DNA of 64,000 bases, taken from the NCBI GenBank assembly GCA_005799065.1, contig SYHW01000060.1, positions 8,654 through 72,653 of the forward strand, written 5' to 3'. Made by a program: the position numbers and the translations under genes. Within the stretch, counting starts at the first letter, position 1, and the number at the start of each line of letters is the position of its first letter. Below the pieces are notes generated by a model. That model saw only the letters and a program-made list of their open reading frames with translations, made no database searches and was not told where the DNA came from. Shown one piece after another: positions 19,251 to 28,444 of the stretch. The DNA comes from Bacteroidota bacterium. GTDB lineage: Bacteria > Bacteroidota > Bacteroidia > UBA7662.

Positions 19251-20614
19251 GTTTGCCTGTAGGCTGGGTACCCCTATTCAAAGGCGAGGTGGAGGTGCCG
19301 GGTTCAAAAAGCATCAGCAACCGCTTGCTTCTGATGAATTACCTGGCGGGCGATCCGCTAGCCAGAATTCGGGGATTATCGACCGCCGGCGACACCCTAC
19401 GCATGCAAAATGTTTTGGCCGCTCTTAAGCTACCCCGTTCAGATGGGGATGTTGGTGTTGGGGATGCGGGCACTGTCATGCGGTTTGTGTTGCCGTTGCT
19501 TTGCCTCACCCCGGGCACGCACCACATGACCGGCACCGAACGCGCCCACGAGCGCCCGATGGGACCACTCGTCGACGCCCTTCGCCTTTTAGGTGCTCAA
19601 GTTCAATACCTGGGACGTACGGGATTCCTTCCCCTGAAGATTGAAGGGGGCACAGCATTGAGGATGCCCGACGGCCTCGATGCTTTACCGATCGATGCCG
19701 GCATGAGCTCACAATTTGTGTCGGCTTTGATGATGGTGGCGCCCTGCATCGACGGTGGCCTGCGCTTAAGATTGCTCGCCCATACCGTATCTCGTCCCTA
19801 TCTCCTACTCACACGCGATCTGATGCGCGAATGGGGTGTTCCGATAGAATTCATCCATGAAAATAACATCAATATTCCTCAGTGTACATACCAACCGCCC
19901 GCAAGAGTGGAGGTCGAGCCGGATTGGTCGTCGGCGGCCTATTGGCTCGCATGGACTGCCCTCATGCCTCAATCGGAGTTGTTTGTGCCGAATTTAAAAC
20001 GCTGCAGCCTGCAAGCCGATGCCATCTGTGCCGATGCTTTCGCAGATCTCGGTGTTCACTCTATTGAAAGGGATGGAGGACTTTTACTAAGCAATTGTTC
20101 GATGAAGTTGCCTGATGCATCAACCGATCAAACGAAAGATCCGAAGCCTCCAGAATGGCGCAAGAATGCCGACCCTGGTTCATCATCCTTCAAGTCAGGC
20201 GTGGAGCATTCAACCCTCCATTTCAGCGGGCTAGATTCCCCCGATCTCATACCAACGGCCATGGTTTTATGTGCCTTAAAAGGCCGACTAGCCCGTTTCA
20301 CGGAACTCGAAACCCTGCGCGTGAAGGAAAGCGACCGCTTAGGTGGTTTGATGCATGGTTTACGTTCGTTAGGTGCCCGAATCGATGAAAGAGAACCTGG
20401 TTCCTATAGTTTGATGCAGGGCATCCCCCGAGCGAGCACTCAAGGTCAGGTTTTCGATTTACATACGCAGGGTGATCACCGCATGGCCATGGCGTTTAGC
20501 CTGCTCGCAGGCCACGGTTATGGGGTTCGCCCGGATCGCCCCGAGGTGGTGGGTAAATCATACCCCGGCTACTGGCAGACATTGGAACGACTGGGGATGC
20601 GTTGGCAGCCTTAA
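19238..20614 (+). CDS. aroA: 3-phosphoshikimate 1-carboxyvinyltransferase (EPSP synthase)
   Basis: PGSKSISNRLLLMNYLAGD, LGNAGTVMRF-like segment, KESDRL motif. 458 aa, slightly long; a possible low-complexity insertion around aa 290-330. Confidence 0.9.
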   Translation: MAELSLPVGWVPLFKGEVEVPGSKSISNRLLLMNYLAGDPLARIRGLSTAGDTLRMQNVLAALKLPRSDGDVGVGDAGTVMRFVLPLLCLTPGTHHMTGTERAHERPMGPLVDALRLLGAQVQYLGRTGFLPLKIEGGTALRMPDGLDALPIDAGMSSQFVSALMMVAPCIDGGLRLRLLAHTVSRPYLLLTRDLMREWGVPIEFIHENNINIPQCTYQPPARVEVEPDWSSAAYWLAWTALMPQSELFVPNLKRCSLQADAICADAFADLGVHSIERDGGLLLSNCSMKLPDASTDQTKDPKPPEWRKNADPGSSSFKSGVEHSTLHFSGLDSPDLIPTAMVLCALKGRLARFTELETLRVKESDRLGGLMHGLRSLGARIDEREPGSYSLMQGIPRASTQGQVFDLHTQGDHRMAMAFSLLAGHGYGVRPDRPEVVGKSYPGYWQTLERLGMRWQP

Positions 20615-20663
20615 ACCTTATATTTGTGGTTTTGAGTCGACACAGCACCAAGGCACGGCCTCA

Positions 20664-21743
20664 ATGTCCGGTAATTCTATAGGAAGCTTATTTAGGGTAA
20701 CCACCTGGGGCGAATCGCATGGTCCAGCCATCGGCGCTGTCATTGATGGTTGCCCCGCCGGTCTGACCATAGATGCGGGTTTCATTGCCCGGCAATTGGC
20801 CAGAAGGAGACCCGGACAAAGCCATTTGTCCAGTCCACGCCAGGAATCAGACGAATGTGCGATCCTTTCAGGCGTCTTCGAAGGGGTGAGTCTGGGTACC
20901 CCGATTTCTTTATTGATTAATAACACCAGCCAAAGACCGGTCGATTACGAGCATCTGCGCGACGTTTACCGACCCTCTCATGCCGATTATACCTATGAGG
21001 CGCGATACGGGATTCGCGACCATCGAGGAGGCGGGCGCAGTTCTGCCCGTGAAACGGCCGCGCGTGTGGCCGCTGGAGCCGTGGCACAGCTTTTTCTTCG
21101 CGAATTATCGGTTCAAATTCATGCCTTTGTTTCAAGAATTGGTGCGATTACGCTGGATGTGCCTTATCAGAATCTAGACTTGCGGACGGCAGTGCATTCG
21201 GTGGTCGGCTGCCCGCATCCGCCTACAGACCAACGCATGGCCGACCACATTGCCGAGGTTAAATTGGAAGCTGATTCACTCGGGGGCATCATTCGTTGTG
21301 TCGTTCAGGGTATGCCGGCGGGTTGGGGCGACCCGGTTTTTGACCGCCTGGAAGCCGATTTGGGTAAGGCCATGCTGTCGATCAATGCGGTCAAGGGTGT
21401 TTCGTTTGGTGCTGGTTTCGAAGCCGCGAGGGGTAAGGGATCTCAATATAATGACACCTATTCAATGATCGACGGGAAAGTTATATCGGTCACGAACCAT
21501 TCAGGAGGCATACAAGGAGGCATAAGCAATGGGGCCGACCTCATAATGGATGTGGCATTCAAACCCGTTGCTTCCATTCCAAGGATGCAAAATACGATAG
21601 ACCGACAGGGCAATTCCATCGAATTGGAGATCGGCGGACGCCACGATCCCTGTGTGGTTCCGCGTGCCCTGCCGATCGTTGAAGCCATGACCGCTCTTGT
21701 TTTGGCCGATCACGCACTGCGCGCACGCACGGCAAAAATTTGA
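20664..21743 (+). CDS. aroC: chorismate synthase
   Basis: MSGNSIGSLFRVTTWGESHGPAIGAVIDGCPAGL...GGRSSARETA. The ORF track extends to 20472; the homologous start is the ATG at 20664. Confidence 0.9.
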   Translation: MSGNSIGSLFRVTTWGESHGPAIGAVIDGCPAGLTIDAGFIARQLARRRPGQSHLSSPRQESDECAILSGVFEGVSLGTPISLLINNTSQRPVDYEHLRDVYRPSHADYTYEARYGIRDHRGGGRSSARETAARVAAGAVAQLFLRELSVQIHAFVSRIGAITLDVPYQNLDLRTAVHSVVGCPHPPTDQRMADHIAEVKLEADSLGGIIRCVVQGMPAGWGDPVFDRLEADLGKAMLSINAVKGVSFGAGFEAARGKGSQYNDTYSMIDGKVISVTNHSGGIQGGISNGADLIMDVAFKPVASIPRMQNTIDRQGNSIELEIGGRHDPCVVPRALPIVEAMTALVLADHALRARTAKI

Positions 21744-21765
21744 ATCTTAAACCAATATTCCAGAA

Positions 21766-23106
21766 ATGTCAACCGCAATTCAAAGCCAATTACCCGTAAA
21801 GAATCAAAAGTCCCGTGGATTTCCCATGCATCTCCAGATCCTAACCGGTTTATTGCTGGGGGTGTTGTTCGGGATTGGATCGAGTGCTCTGGGATGGAAC
21901 GATTGGGTGGTCGATTGGGTGAAACCTTTTGGAACGCTTTTCGTGAATTTGCTGAAGCTCATAGCCGCTCCATTGGTGCTGGCCTCTCTGGTGGTGGGGG
22001 TTTCGAGCTTGTCGGATGTGGGCAAGTTGTCGCGGCTTGGAGGCCGAACCATAGCCCTGTACATGACCACTACTATTCTGGCCATCAGTATTGGTTTGTT
22101 GGTGGTGAATTGGGCGCAACCAGGACAGTACATTACCCCAGAGCGACGTGATGCACTGAAGGAACGGTTTTCTAGCCAGGCTGCAAGCAAGGCCGAAACG
22201 GCCAGACAGGTAACCGAGCAGAGTCCGCTCCAGCCCCTGGTCGACACCGTACCCTCCAATATTTTTGATGCGCTCACCGACAACACCCAAATGTTGCAGG
22301 TCGTGTTTTTTGCCCTGTTTTTTGGCATAGGTATTATTCTACTGCCCCGACAGAAAACGGTTGTTGTGCGCGATTTCTTCGAGTCGGTCAATGAGATCAT
22401 TCTCAAATTGGTGGAAGTAATTATGAAAGGCGCCCCAGTGGGCGTATTTGCTTTATTGGCATCGCTGGTGGCCGACTTTGCAGGAGACGACCCACGTGCC
22501 GCCCTCGAGTTGCTCAAGGCTTTGGGGGTATACTCACTGACTGTGGTTGCAGGGCTCGTGGTGGTTTTGTTTGTTGTTTATCCCATTTTTCTGTGGCTCG
22601 GTGCCCGATATTCGATCGCGGACTTTTTTAGGGGGATGGCACCCGCTCAACTACTGGCCTTTTCCACGAGTTCGAGCAACGCCACGCTGCCGGTTACCCT
22701 GGAGCGGGTCGAGCAAAATCTGGGGGTGTCGGGCGAGGTGGCCGGTTTTGTGTTGCCATTGGGTGCAACCATCAATATGGACGGCACGAGCCTCTATCAA
22801 GCCGTGGCCACCGTTTTTATAGCACAAGCATTTGGTATTCCCCTCGATTGGGGCGATCAGCTAACGATTGTGCTTACGGCTACTTTAGCCTCAATCGGCT
22901 CCGCTGGGGTTCCAGGTGCCGGCATGGTCATGCTGGTGGTGGTTTTGGAGTCGGTCGGCCTCGATCCAGCGGGCATTGCCCTCATCATGGCAGTCGATCG
23001 CATCTTGGATATGGCCAGAACGGTGGTCAATGTGAGTGGTGATGCCATGGTAGCTGTATTGGTTGCCCGTAGATCGGGCGACTTATCTGTTCCGCCATCA
23101 AAATAA
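21766..23106 (+). CDS. dicarboxylate/amino-acid:cation symporter (DAACS, GltP/DctA family)
   Basis: Polytopic; characteristic segments LPLGATINMDGT and IGSAGVPGAGMVML. Alternative start at 21826 (MHLQILTGLL). Confidence 0.8.
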   Translation: MSTAIQSQLPVKNQKSRGFPMHLQILTGLLLGVLFGIGSSALGWNDWVVDWVKPFGTLFVNLLKLIAAPLVLASLVVGVSSLSDVGKLSRLGGRTIALYMTTTILAISIGLLVVNWAQPGQYITPERRDALKERFSSQAASKAETARQVTEQSPLQPLVDTVPSNIFDALTDNTQMLQVVFFALFFGIGIILLPRQKTVVVRDFFESVNEIILKLVEVIMKGAPVGVFALLASLVADFAGDDPRAALELLKALGVYSLTVVAGLVVVLFVVYPIFLWLGARYSIADFFRGMAPAQLLAFSTSSSNATLPVTLERVEQNLGVSGEVAGFVLPLGATINMDGTSLYQAVATVFIAQAFGIPLDWGDQLTIVLTATLASIGSAGVPGAGMVMLVVVLESVGLDPAGIALIMAVDRILDMARTVVNVSGDAMVAVLVARRSGDLSVPPSK

Positions 23107-23192
23107 TGACTGGAATCTCCGCGATTTTCTTTATTCATTATTTTTTCGTACCTTCGCCCCGCCTTAAACTCAGGCAGGAAGGAATTTAATTA

Positions 23193-25496
23193 ATGACAGA
23201 AAACAATCCCGAGATCAACCCCATCAACGACAACACCGACGAAAACCGTCCAACAGTCGAATCAGGCCTTGAGTCAACCTCAGCCGAAATCCATCCCGAA
23301 ACAGAGGAAGTTGCCGCATCAGAAGAGCCTGCAGCTGTTGTTGAGGAAGCAACTCCCGTTTTAGCGGAAGCTGAAGCAGCGCACCATGAGCCTGAAGCCA
23401 ATCAGGAAGAGCCCGCTCCTGTTGTAGCAGAAGAGTCCGCTCCAGTTGTGGTAGAAGAGCCCGCTCCAGTTGTGGTAGAAGAGCCCGCTCCAGTTGAAGC
23501 AGTAGAGCCCGCTCCAGTTGTGGTAGAAGAGCCCGCTCCAGTTGTGGCAGAAGTGGAGGATCCCAAAGCGGTTCAGCCGAAAGTAGAAGCTCCAGTTTCC
23601 GCTCTTGTTGTGGAGCCTAAGCCGGCTAAGAAGTCTGCCCCTGTTATAGCACCCCTTCAAGATGACTTCGACTGGGAGGCCTATTCCGGGAAAAGCCACC
23701 ACTATCCGACTGAGGAACGTCGCAAGATGGAGGATATGTACTCAGGTACGCTGAGCACGCTCAATGCCAACGAGGTGGTTCATGCAACCGTTGTAGCCGT
23801 AACAGACCGCGACGTCGTATTGAACGTCGGTTTCAAGTCGGATGGTTTGGTTGCCTTATCGGAATTTCGTGATTTGGGAGAGATTAAGCCCGGAATGACC
23901 GTAGATGTTTTGGTGGTGAGCCAGGAAGATCAAAACGGTCAATTGCAGTTGTCGCGCAAAGCGGCGCGCATGATGACCGCCTGGACGACCATCGTGAAAG
24001 CGCATGAGGAAGAATTGGTGATCGAGGGTAAGGTGAAGGCACGCACAAAAGGCGGCTTGGTGGTGGATGTCAATGGCATAGAAACCTTCTTGCCCGGTTC
24101 ACAGATTGATGTGAAACCCGTACGCGACTACGATCAATACGTGGGCAAAACTATGGAGTTTAAAGTGGTCAAGATTAATCCGATTCTCCGTAATGCGGTT
24201 GTTTCGCATAAGATTTTGATTGAGCGCGACATTGAGGCCCAGAAGGTAGAAATCATGAGCCAAATGGTTCAAGGTCAGGTACTGGAAGGAACAGTTAAGA
24301 ATATGACCGACTTCGGTGTATTCGTAGATCTCGGTGGGGTTGACGGCTTGCTGCACATTACCGATATCAGTTGGGGTCGTGTTTCGCATCCATCAGAGGC
24401 GCTCGCACTCGATCAGAAAATTCAAGTGGTTGTGCTTGAGTTCGACAACGAACGCAAGCGCATCAGCTTGGGCATGAAACAGCTTACTCCGCACCCTTGG
24501 CAATCGTTGAGCGATGATGTCATTGCTGGAAGTATTGTAGAGGGTAAAGTGGCTACGGTCGCTGACTATGGCGCCTTCCTCGAATTAGCTCCTGGTGTTG
24601 AGGGTCTGATTCACGTATCAGAAATGAGCTGGAGTCAGCACCTGCGTAATCCATCAGATTTCATGAAGACGGGAGAAACGGTGAAAGCGGTTGTACTCAG
24701 CATCGACCGCGAGGAGCGCAAGATGTCTTTAGGCATCAAGCAACTCACCCCCGATCCTTGGCAGGACATCACCACCCGTTTCCCTATTGGAAGCAAGCAT
24801 ATGGGTAAGGTGCGCAACCTCACCAATTTTGGTTTGTTCGTTGAAATAGGAGAGGGTGTAGACGGATTGGTACACATCAACGATTTGAGTTGGACGAAGA
24901 AAATCAACCACCCAGCCGAATTTACCAAGCGTGATGAGGTGATGGAAGTTGTGGTCCTGGACATCGATACAGCTTCTCGTCGCCTGAGCTTGGGACATAA
25001 GCAGCTGACCGATAATCCATGGGATACCCTGGAGTATGTGTTTGCCGTGGGAACTGTGCACAGGGGCCATATCACCCAAATTGATGATAAAGTGGCTATA
25101 GTCGCTCTATCTTATGGTGTTGATGGGGTTGTTTTCAAAAAAGGACTGGCTACCGAACAGGGCAAGCCACTCTCAGTCGACATGGACGCCGATTTCAAGG
25201 TAACCGAGTTTAACCGTGAGACCCGAAGGATTGTTTTATCGCATTCGGATACCTGGAAAGACAAAAAGGAGGCCGGAAAGGCATCCGAGGACAATGAAGT
25301 CGCTCAATATCAAGCCAAGGCAGCAGTTGCGGCTCAGGAAGATAAAGGTTCTCTCAGTGGATCCGGAGTATTAGCCGGGTTACGCGATCAGATTTTGGAA
25401 GACGAAAAGCGTTCCTTGTCGAAGGCTGAAAAGAAACCTACTTCGAAAAAGAAGGTCGAACCAACGGCGGACGATTCGGAATCCAATGAAGGTTGA
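23193..25496 (+). CDS. rpsA: 30S ribosomal protein S1 with a roughly 150-aa acidic Pro/Val/Glu-rich N-terminal extension
   Basis: Six S1 domains beginning at the Bacteroidota-conserved DFDWEAY motif (about aa 155). SD-like AGGAAGGA at 23176-23183, 9 nt before ATG 23193. The extension carries a 24-bp in-frame repeat (23408-23551). Confidence 0.9.
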   Translation: MTENNPEINPINDNTDENRPTVESGLESTSAEIHPETEEVAASEEPAAVVEEATPVLAEAEAAHHEPEANQEEPAPVVAEESAPVVVEEPAPVVVEEPAPVEAVEPAPVVVEEPAPVVAEVEDPKAVQPKVEAPVSALVVEPKPAKKSAPVIAPLQDDFDWEAYSGKSHHYPTEERRKMEDMYSGTLSTLNANEVVHATVVAVTDRDVVLNVGFKSDGLVALSEFRDLGEIKPGMTVDVLVVSQEDQNGQLQLSRKAARMMTAWTTIVKAHEEELVIEGKVKARTKGGLVVDVNGIETFLPGSQIDVKPVRDYDQYVGKTMEFKVVKINPILRNAVVSHKILIERDIEAQKVEIMSQMVQGQVLEGTVKNMTDFGVFVDLGGVDGLLHITDISWGRVSHPSEALALDQKIQVVVLEFDNERKRISLGMKQLTPHPWQSLSDDVIAGSIVEGKVATVADYGAFLELAPGVEGLIHVSEMSWSQHLRNPSDFMKTGETVKAVVLSIDREERKMSLGIKQLTPDPWQDITTRFPIGSKHMGKVRNLTNFGLFVEIGEGVDGLVHINDLSWTKKINHPAEFTKRDEVMEVVVLDIDTASRRLSLGHKQLTDNPWDTLEYVFAVGTVHRGHITQIDDKVAIVALSYGVDGVVFKKGLATEQGKPLSVDMDADFKVTEFNRETRRIVLSHSDTWKDKKEAGKASEDNEVAQYQAKAAVAAQEDKGSLSGSGVLAGLRDQILEDEKRSLSKAEKKPTSKKKVEPTADDSESNEG
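23408..23551 (+). repeat. 24-bp in-frame tandem repeat x6 (gagcccgctccagttgtggtagaa, encoding EPAPVVVE) inside the rpsA 5' region
   Basis: Read directly: six consecutive 24-bp units, several identical. Confidence 0.9.
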
Positions 25497-25533
25497 TTTC
25501 TTTTTTTGATTTTATCAATGTAAAGCTCATATG

Positions 25534-25563
25534 CATCCCACCTCGCGTGGGATGTTTTGTTTG
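25534..25563 (+). terminator. Rho-independent terminator after rpsA
   Basis: catcccac-ctcgc-gtgggatg (8-bp GC-rich stem, 5-nt loop) followed by ttttgtttg. Confidence 0.6.
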
Positions 25564-25578
25564 AAGTGTTCATTCTAA

Positions 25579-26046
25579 ATGAGAAATTCAATTCAAGGCC
25601 AAAGTCAAGGGCGTGGGGGATGGGAGCGTTTCTACGCGCTGGAGGAGGTCGATCAAGTGGCGAAAGAGGTTTTGCAATGGTCGCGAGGAATCAATTTATG
25701 GATGCTTGAAGGGCCTATGGGTGCTGGTAAAACTACATTTGTCCGTGCTGTTTGTGAGGCACTCGACATCCAAGATTCGGTGAATTCACCTACTTTTGGT
25801 ATCGTTCAGGAGTATCAGACCAAGAAAGGCCATTCTGTCTTTCATATCGATGGTTATCGATTGGAAAGTGAAGATCAGATAGAATCTTTGGGTATCGATT
25901 CTGTATTGGATGGTAATCAACTTTGTTTGATTGAGTGGCCACGATTGTTTATTGAATATGTGCAATTGAATTATTTGCGATTGGAATGGGTTATTTTGGA
26001 AGGTGAAAATCGAAACTTAAAATTGTGCTATGTCGTTAATGCATGA
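25579..26046 (+). CDS. tsaE: tRNA threonylcarbamoyladenosine biosynthesis protein TsaE (YjeE ATPase)
   Basis: Walker A LEGPMGAGKTTFVRAV and the SPTFGIVQEY motif; 155 aa. Confidence 0.8.
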   Translation: MRNSIQGQSQGRGGWERFYALEEVDQVAKEVLQWSRGINLWMLEGPMGAGKTTFVRAVCEALDIQDSVNSPTFGIVQEYQTKKGHSVFHIDGYRLESEDQIESLGIDSVLDGNQLCLIEWPRLFIEYVQLNYLRLEWVILEGENRNLKLCYVVNA

Positions 26047-26095
26047 ACGTTTATCATCTACCTCTACTGGGGTCAGTGCCCTTGAACAGCCACTA

Positions 26096-27247
26096 ATGGT
26101 GGGTAAATCACATGCCGCGCTAACCATAGGTGTTCCATGTGAGCGCGGTTTTCAAGAAAATAGAGTCGCCCTGAGTCCACATGCTGTTCGGAGGTTGGTC
26201 AATAATGGCCATACCATATTGGTGGAAACTGGCGCTGGCGCAGCCAGCTACTTTACGGATCATGCCTATTCTGAGGCCGGAGCCCAGATCACGTCCAATT
26301 GTGCGGAGGTTTATAAAGCGCCTGTAATCCTTAAAGTAGGTCCGGTGCCCCCAAATGAACTGCAGTATCTAACAGGCGGGCAATTTTTGTTTGGGGCATT
26401 GCATCTACCCACGATGCAGGAGGATTATCTGAAGGAATTACTCAAGAAGAGAATTGTCGGTGTAGCCTATGAATACCTCAGAGATCGTTCCGATGCGCTA
26501 CCCGTTGTACGAAGTATGAGCGAGATTGCCGGCAGCTGCTGCATACTGATTGCAGCTGAATATTTAAGCCACAGCAGCGAGGGTGTAGGCAAGCTTTTAG
26601 GCGGAATTACGGGCATTCCCCCCAGCCGTGTAGTCATTTTGGGCGCCGGAACGGTGGGCGAGTATGCAGCCCGAACGGCATTGGGGTTGGGCAGCGAAGT
26701 GCGGGTGTTCGACCACAGTGTGAGTAGGCTGCGTCGATTGCAGAATAACCTGGGGCAGCGGGTCTATACCTCCTTGGTTGAGCCCACAACGCTCGCTATG
26801 GAACTCAAATTGGCCGATGTGGCTGTGGGCGCCATTCATGCCCCCCTCGGTAGAACGCCCTTGTTGGTGTCCGAAGAAATGGTACAATCGATGAGACCCG
26901 GGTCGGTCATTATTGATGTAAGCATCGATCAGGGAGGTTGCTTTGAGACCTCAGAAATAACCAACCACACCCATCCTGTCTTTCGAAAATATGGCGTCAC
27001 CCACTATTGTGTGCCCAATATTCCCTCACGGGTATCCAATACGGCTTCGGAGGCGCTCAGCAGTATTATGAGTGGTGTTTTGCTCGATTCAGGCGAGCAT
27101 GGTGGACTCGAAACGCACCTCTGGCTCGACAGGGGGCTGAGGGCAGGGGTCTACTGCTATCATGGCCAACTCACCAACAAATACCTGAGCGAGGTATTCG
27201 GCATTGGCTACACCAACCTCGACTTGGTGGCTTCCTCCCGAATGTAA
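26096..27247 (+). CDS. ald: alanine dehydrogenase
   Basis: Full-length colinearity with Ald (ENRVALSP..., ILGAGTVGEYAARTALGLGSEV, IDVSIDQGGCFETS, HYCVPNIP). Start ambiguous: ATG at 26030 or 26039 would overlap tsaE. The ATG at 26096 leaves 8 aa before the conserved IGVP. Confidence 0.8.
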   Translation: MVGKSHAALTIGVPCERGFQENRVALSPHAVRRLVNNGHTILVETGAGAASYFTDHAYSEAGAQITSNCAEVYKAPVILKVGPVPPNELQYLTGGQFLFGALHLPTMQEDYLKELLKKRIVGVAYEYLRDRSDALPVVRSMSEIAGSCCILIAAEYLSHSSEGVGKLLGGITGIPPSRVVILGAGTVGEYAARTALGLGSEVRVFDHSVSRLRRLQNNLGQRVYTSLVEPTTLAMELKLADVAVGAIHAPLGRTPLLVSEEMVQSMRPGSVIIDVSIDQGGCFETSEITNHTHPVFRKYGVTHYCVPNIPSRVSNTASEALSSIMSGVLLDSGEHGGLETHLWLDRGLRAGVYCYHGQLTNKYLSEVFGIGYTNLDLVASSRM

Positions 27248-27256
27248 ACCAAGGAC

Positions 27257-28393
27257 TTATTTTTTTGGATGCACGCGTTCCGTACGTGAATCGATCGAAC
27301 CATCGGCAAGCATGGTCTGCAGTTCATCTCCCGTGCTAACATCACAGAGCCGACGCAGTCGCTTACCCCGATGAATCGTGATGCTGAAGCCTCGGTCCAA
27401 AATCGATTGAGGATGCAGGGCGTTGGCTTGCATTAGCAGTGCCTGAAGTTCAGAAGTAGCCAATTTGATGCGTCCACGCATGAGTTCACGCAGGCGACTG
27501 TCCCATTCGGACAGTATTTGCTTTTCTCGCCGTATTCTAAATTTGGTTTTTTGCTCAGCCAAGAGCATTTGCTCATCGAGCCATTGACGAATTTCAAATT
27601 GATCAGGACTAACCAGCTCAGCGGCAGCAGTCGGTGTTGGCGCCCGCAAATCAGCCACAAAATCGCACAAAGTGAAGTCGCGCTCATGACCAATGGCTGA
27701 AACCACAGGGGTGTTCAGGCCTGCAATGCAGCGCACCAAAGCTTCTTCATTGAAATTCCATAAATCTTCTAAACTTCCCCCACCGCGGGCCAGAATGATG
27801 ACCTGAACCAGCGGATCACGGTCTAAAGATTCCAAGGCAGCAATCAGCTCAGTCAGTGCCTCAGTGCCCTGAACCCGACTCGGAGCCAAACGAATCTGGG
27901 TAGCTGGGAAGCGTCGGGCTATGGTCTTGCGTATATCGTGGATGACTGCGCCTTCTGCTGAGGTCACCACGCCCACCCAGTCGGGGAAACGAGGAATTAG
28001 CTTTTTTAGGGATGCATCAAAAAGCCCTTCCGCTTCCAAACGATTTTTTCGACGAATAAACTCACGATAGAGGTCGCCAACGCCTTCCTCCTCCATACCC
28101 GTAACGGTAAATTGATACGATCCCCGAGGCAGATATACGCCAATGCCTCCATGGAGTACAACGCGCATGCCCGTATTGGGAGCGAAATTGAGCCGATCTA
28201 CCTGGGCACGCCACATCACGCAAGGCAACTGAGAGTCCGCATCCCGGAGGGTAAAGTAGATGTGGCCCGACGACTGTCTACTGATCTGGGCAATTTCGCC
28301 ATGCAATCGAACTTGTCGCAAAAACGGTGCGTTTTCGAGAAGGGATTTCACCAACTGGTTGAATTGACTCACCGATAGGGCCTCTTCCGACAT
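27257..28393 (-). CDS. xseA: exodeoxyribonuclease VII large subunit
   Basis: N-terminal OB fold (IYFTLRDADSQLPCVMWR), catalytic core; roughly 378 aa. Alternative upstream ATG at 28420. Confidence 0.85.
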   Translation of the reverse strand: MSEEALSVSQFNQLVKSLLENAPFLRQVRLHGEIAQISRQSSGHIYFTLRDADSQLPCVMWRAQVDRLNFAPNTGMRVVLHGGIGVYLPRGSYQFTVTGMEEEGVGDLYREFIRRKNRLEAEGLFDASLKKLIPRFPDWVGVVTSAEGAVIHDIRKTIARRFPATQIRLAPSRVQGTEALTELIAALESLDRDPLVQVIILARGGGSLEDLWNFNEEALVRCIAGLNTPVVSAIGHERDFTLCDFVADLRAPTPTAAAELVSPDQFEIRQWLDEQMLLAEQKTKFRIRREKQILSEWDSRLRELMRGRIKLATSELQALLMQANALHPQSILDRGFSITIHRGKRLRRLCDVSTGDELQTMLADGSIDSRTERVHPKK

Positions 28394-28444
28394 GTAGTAA
28401 AAATAGCAGGCATTCTTCACTTTTAAAACCCTTAATTTTGCCTG

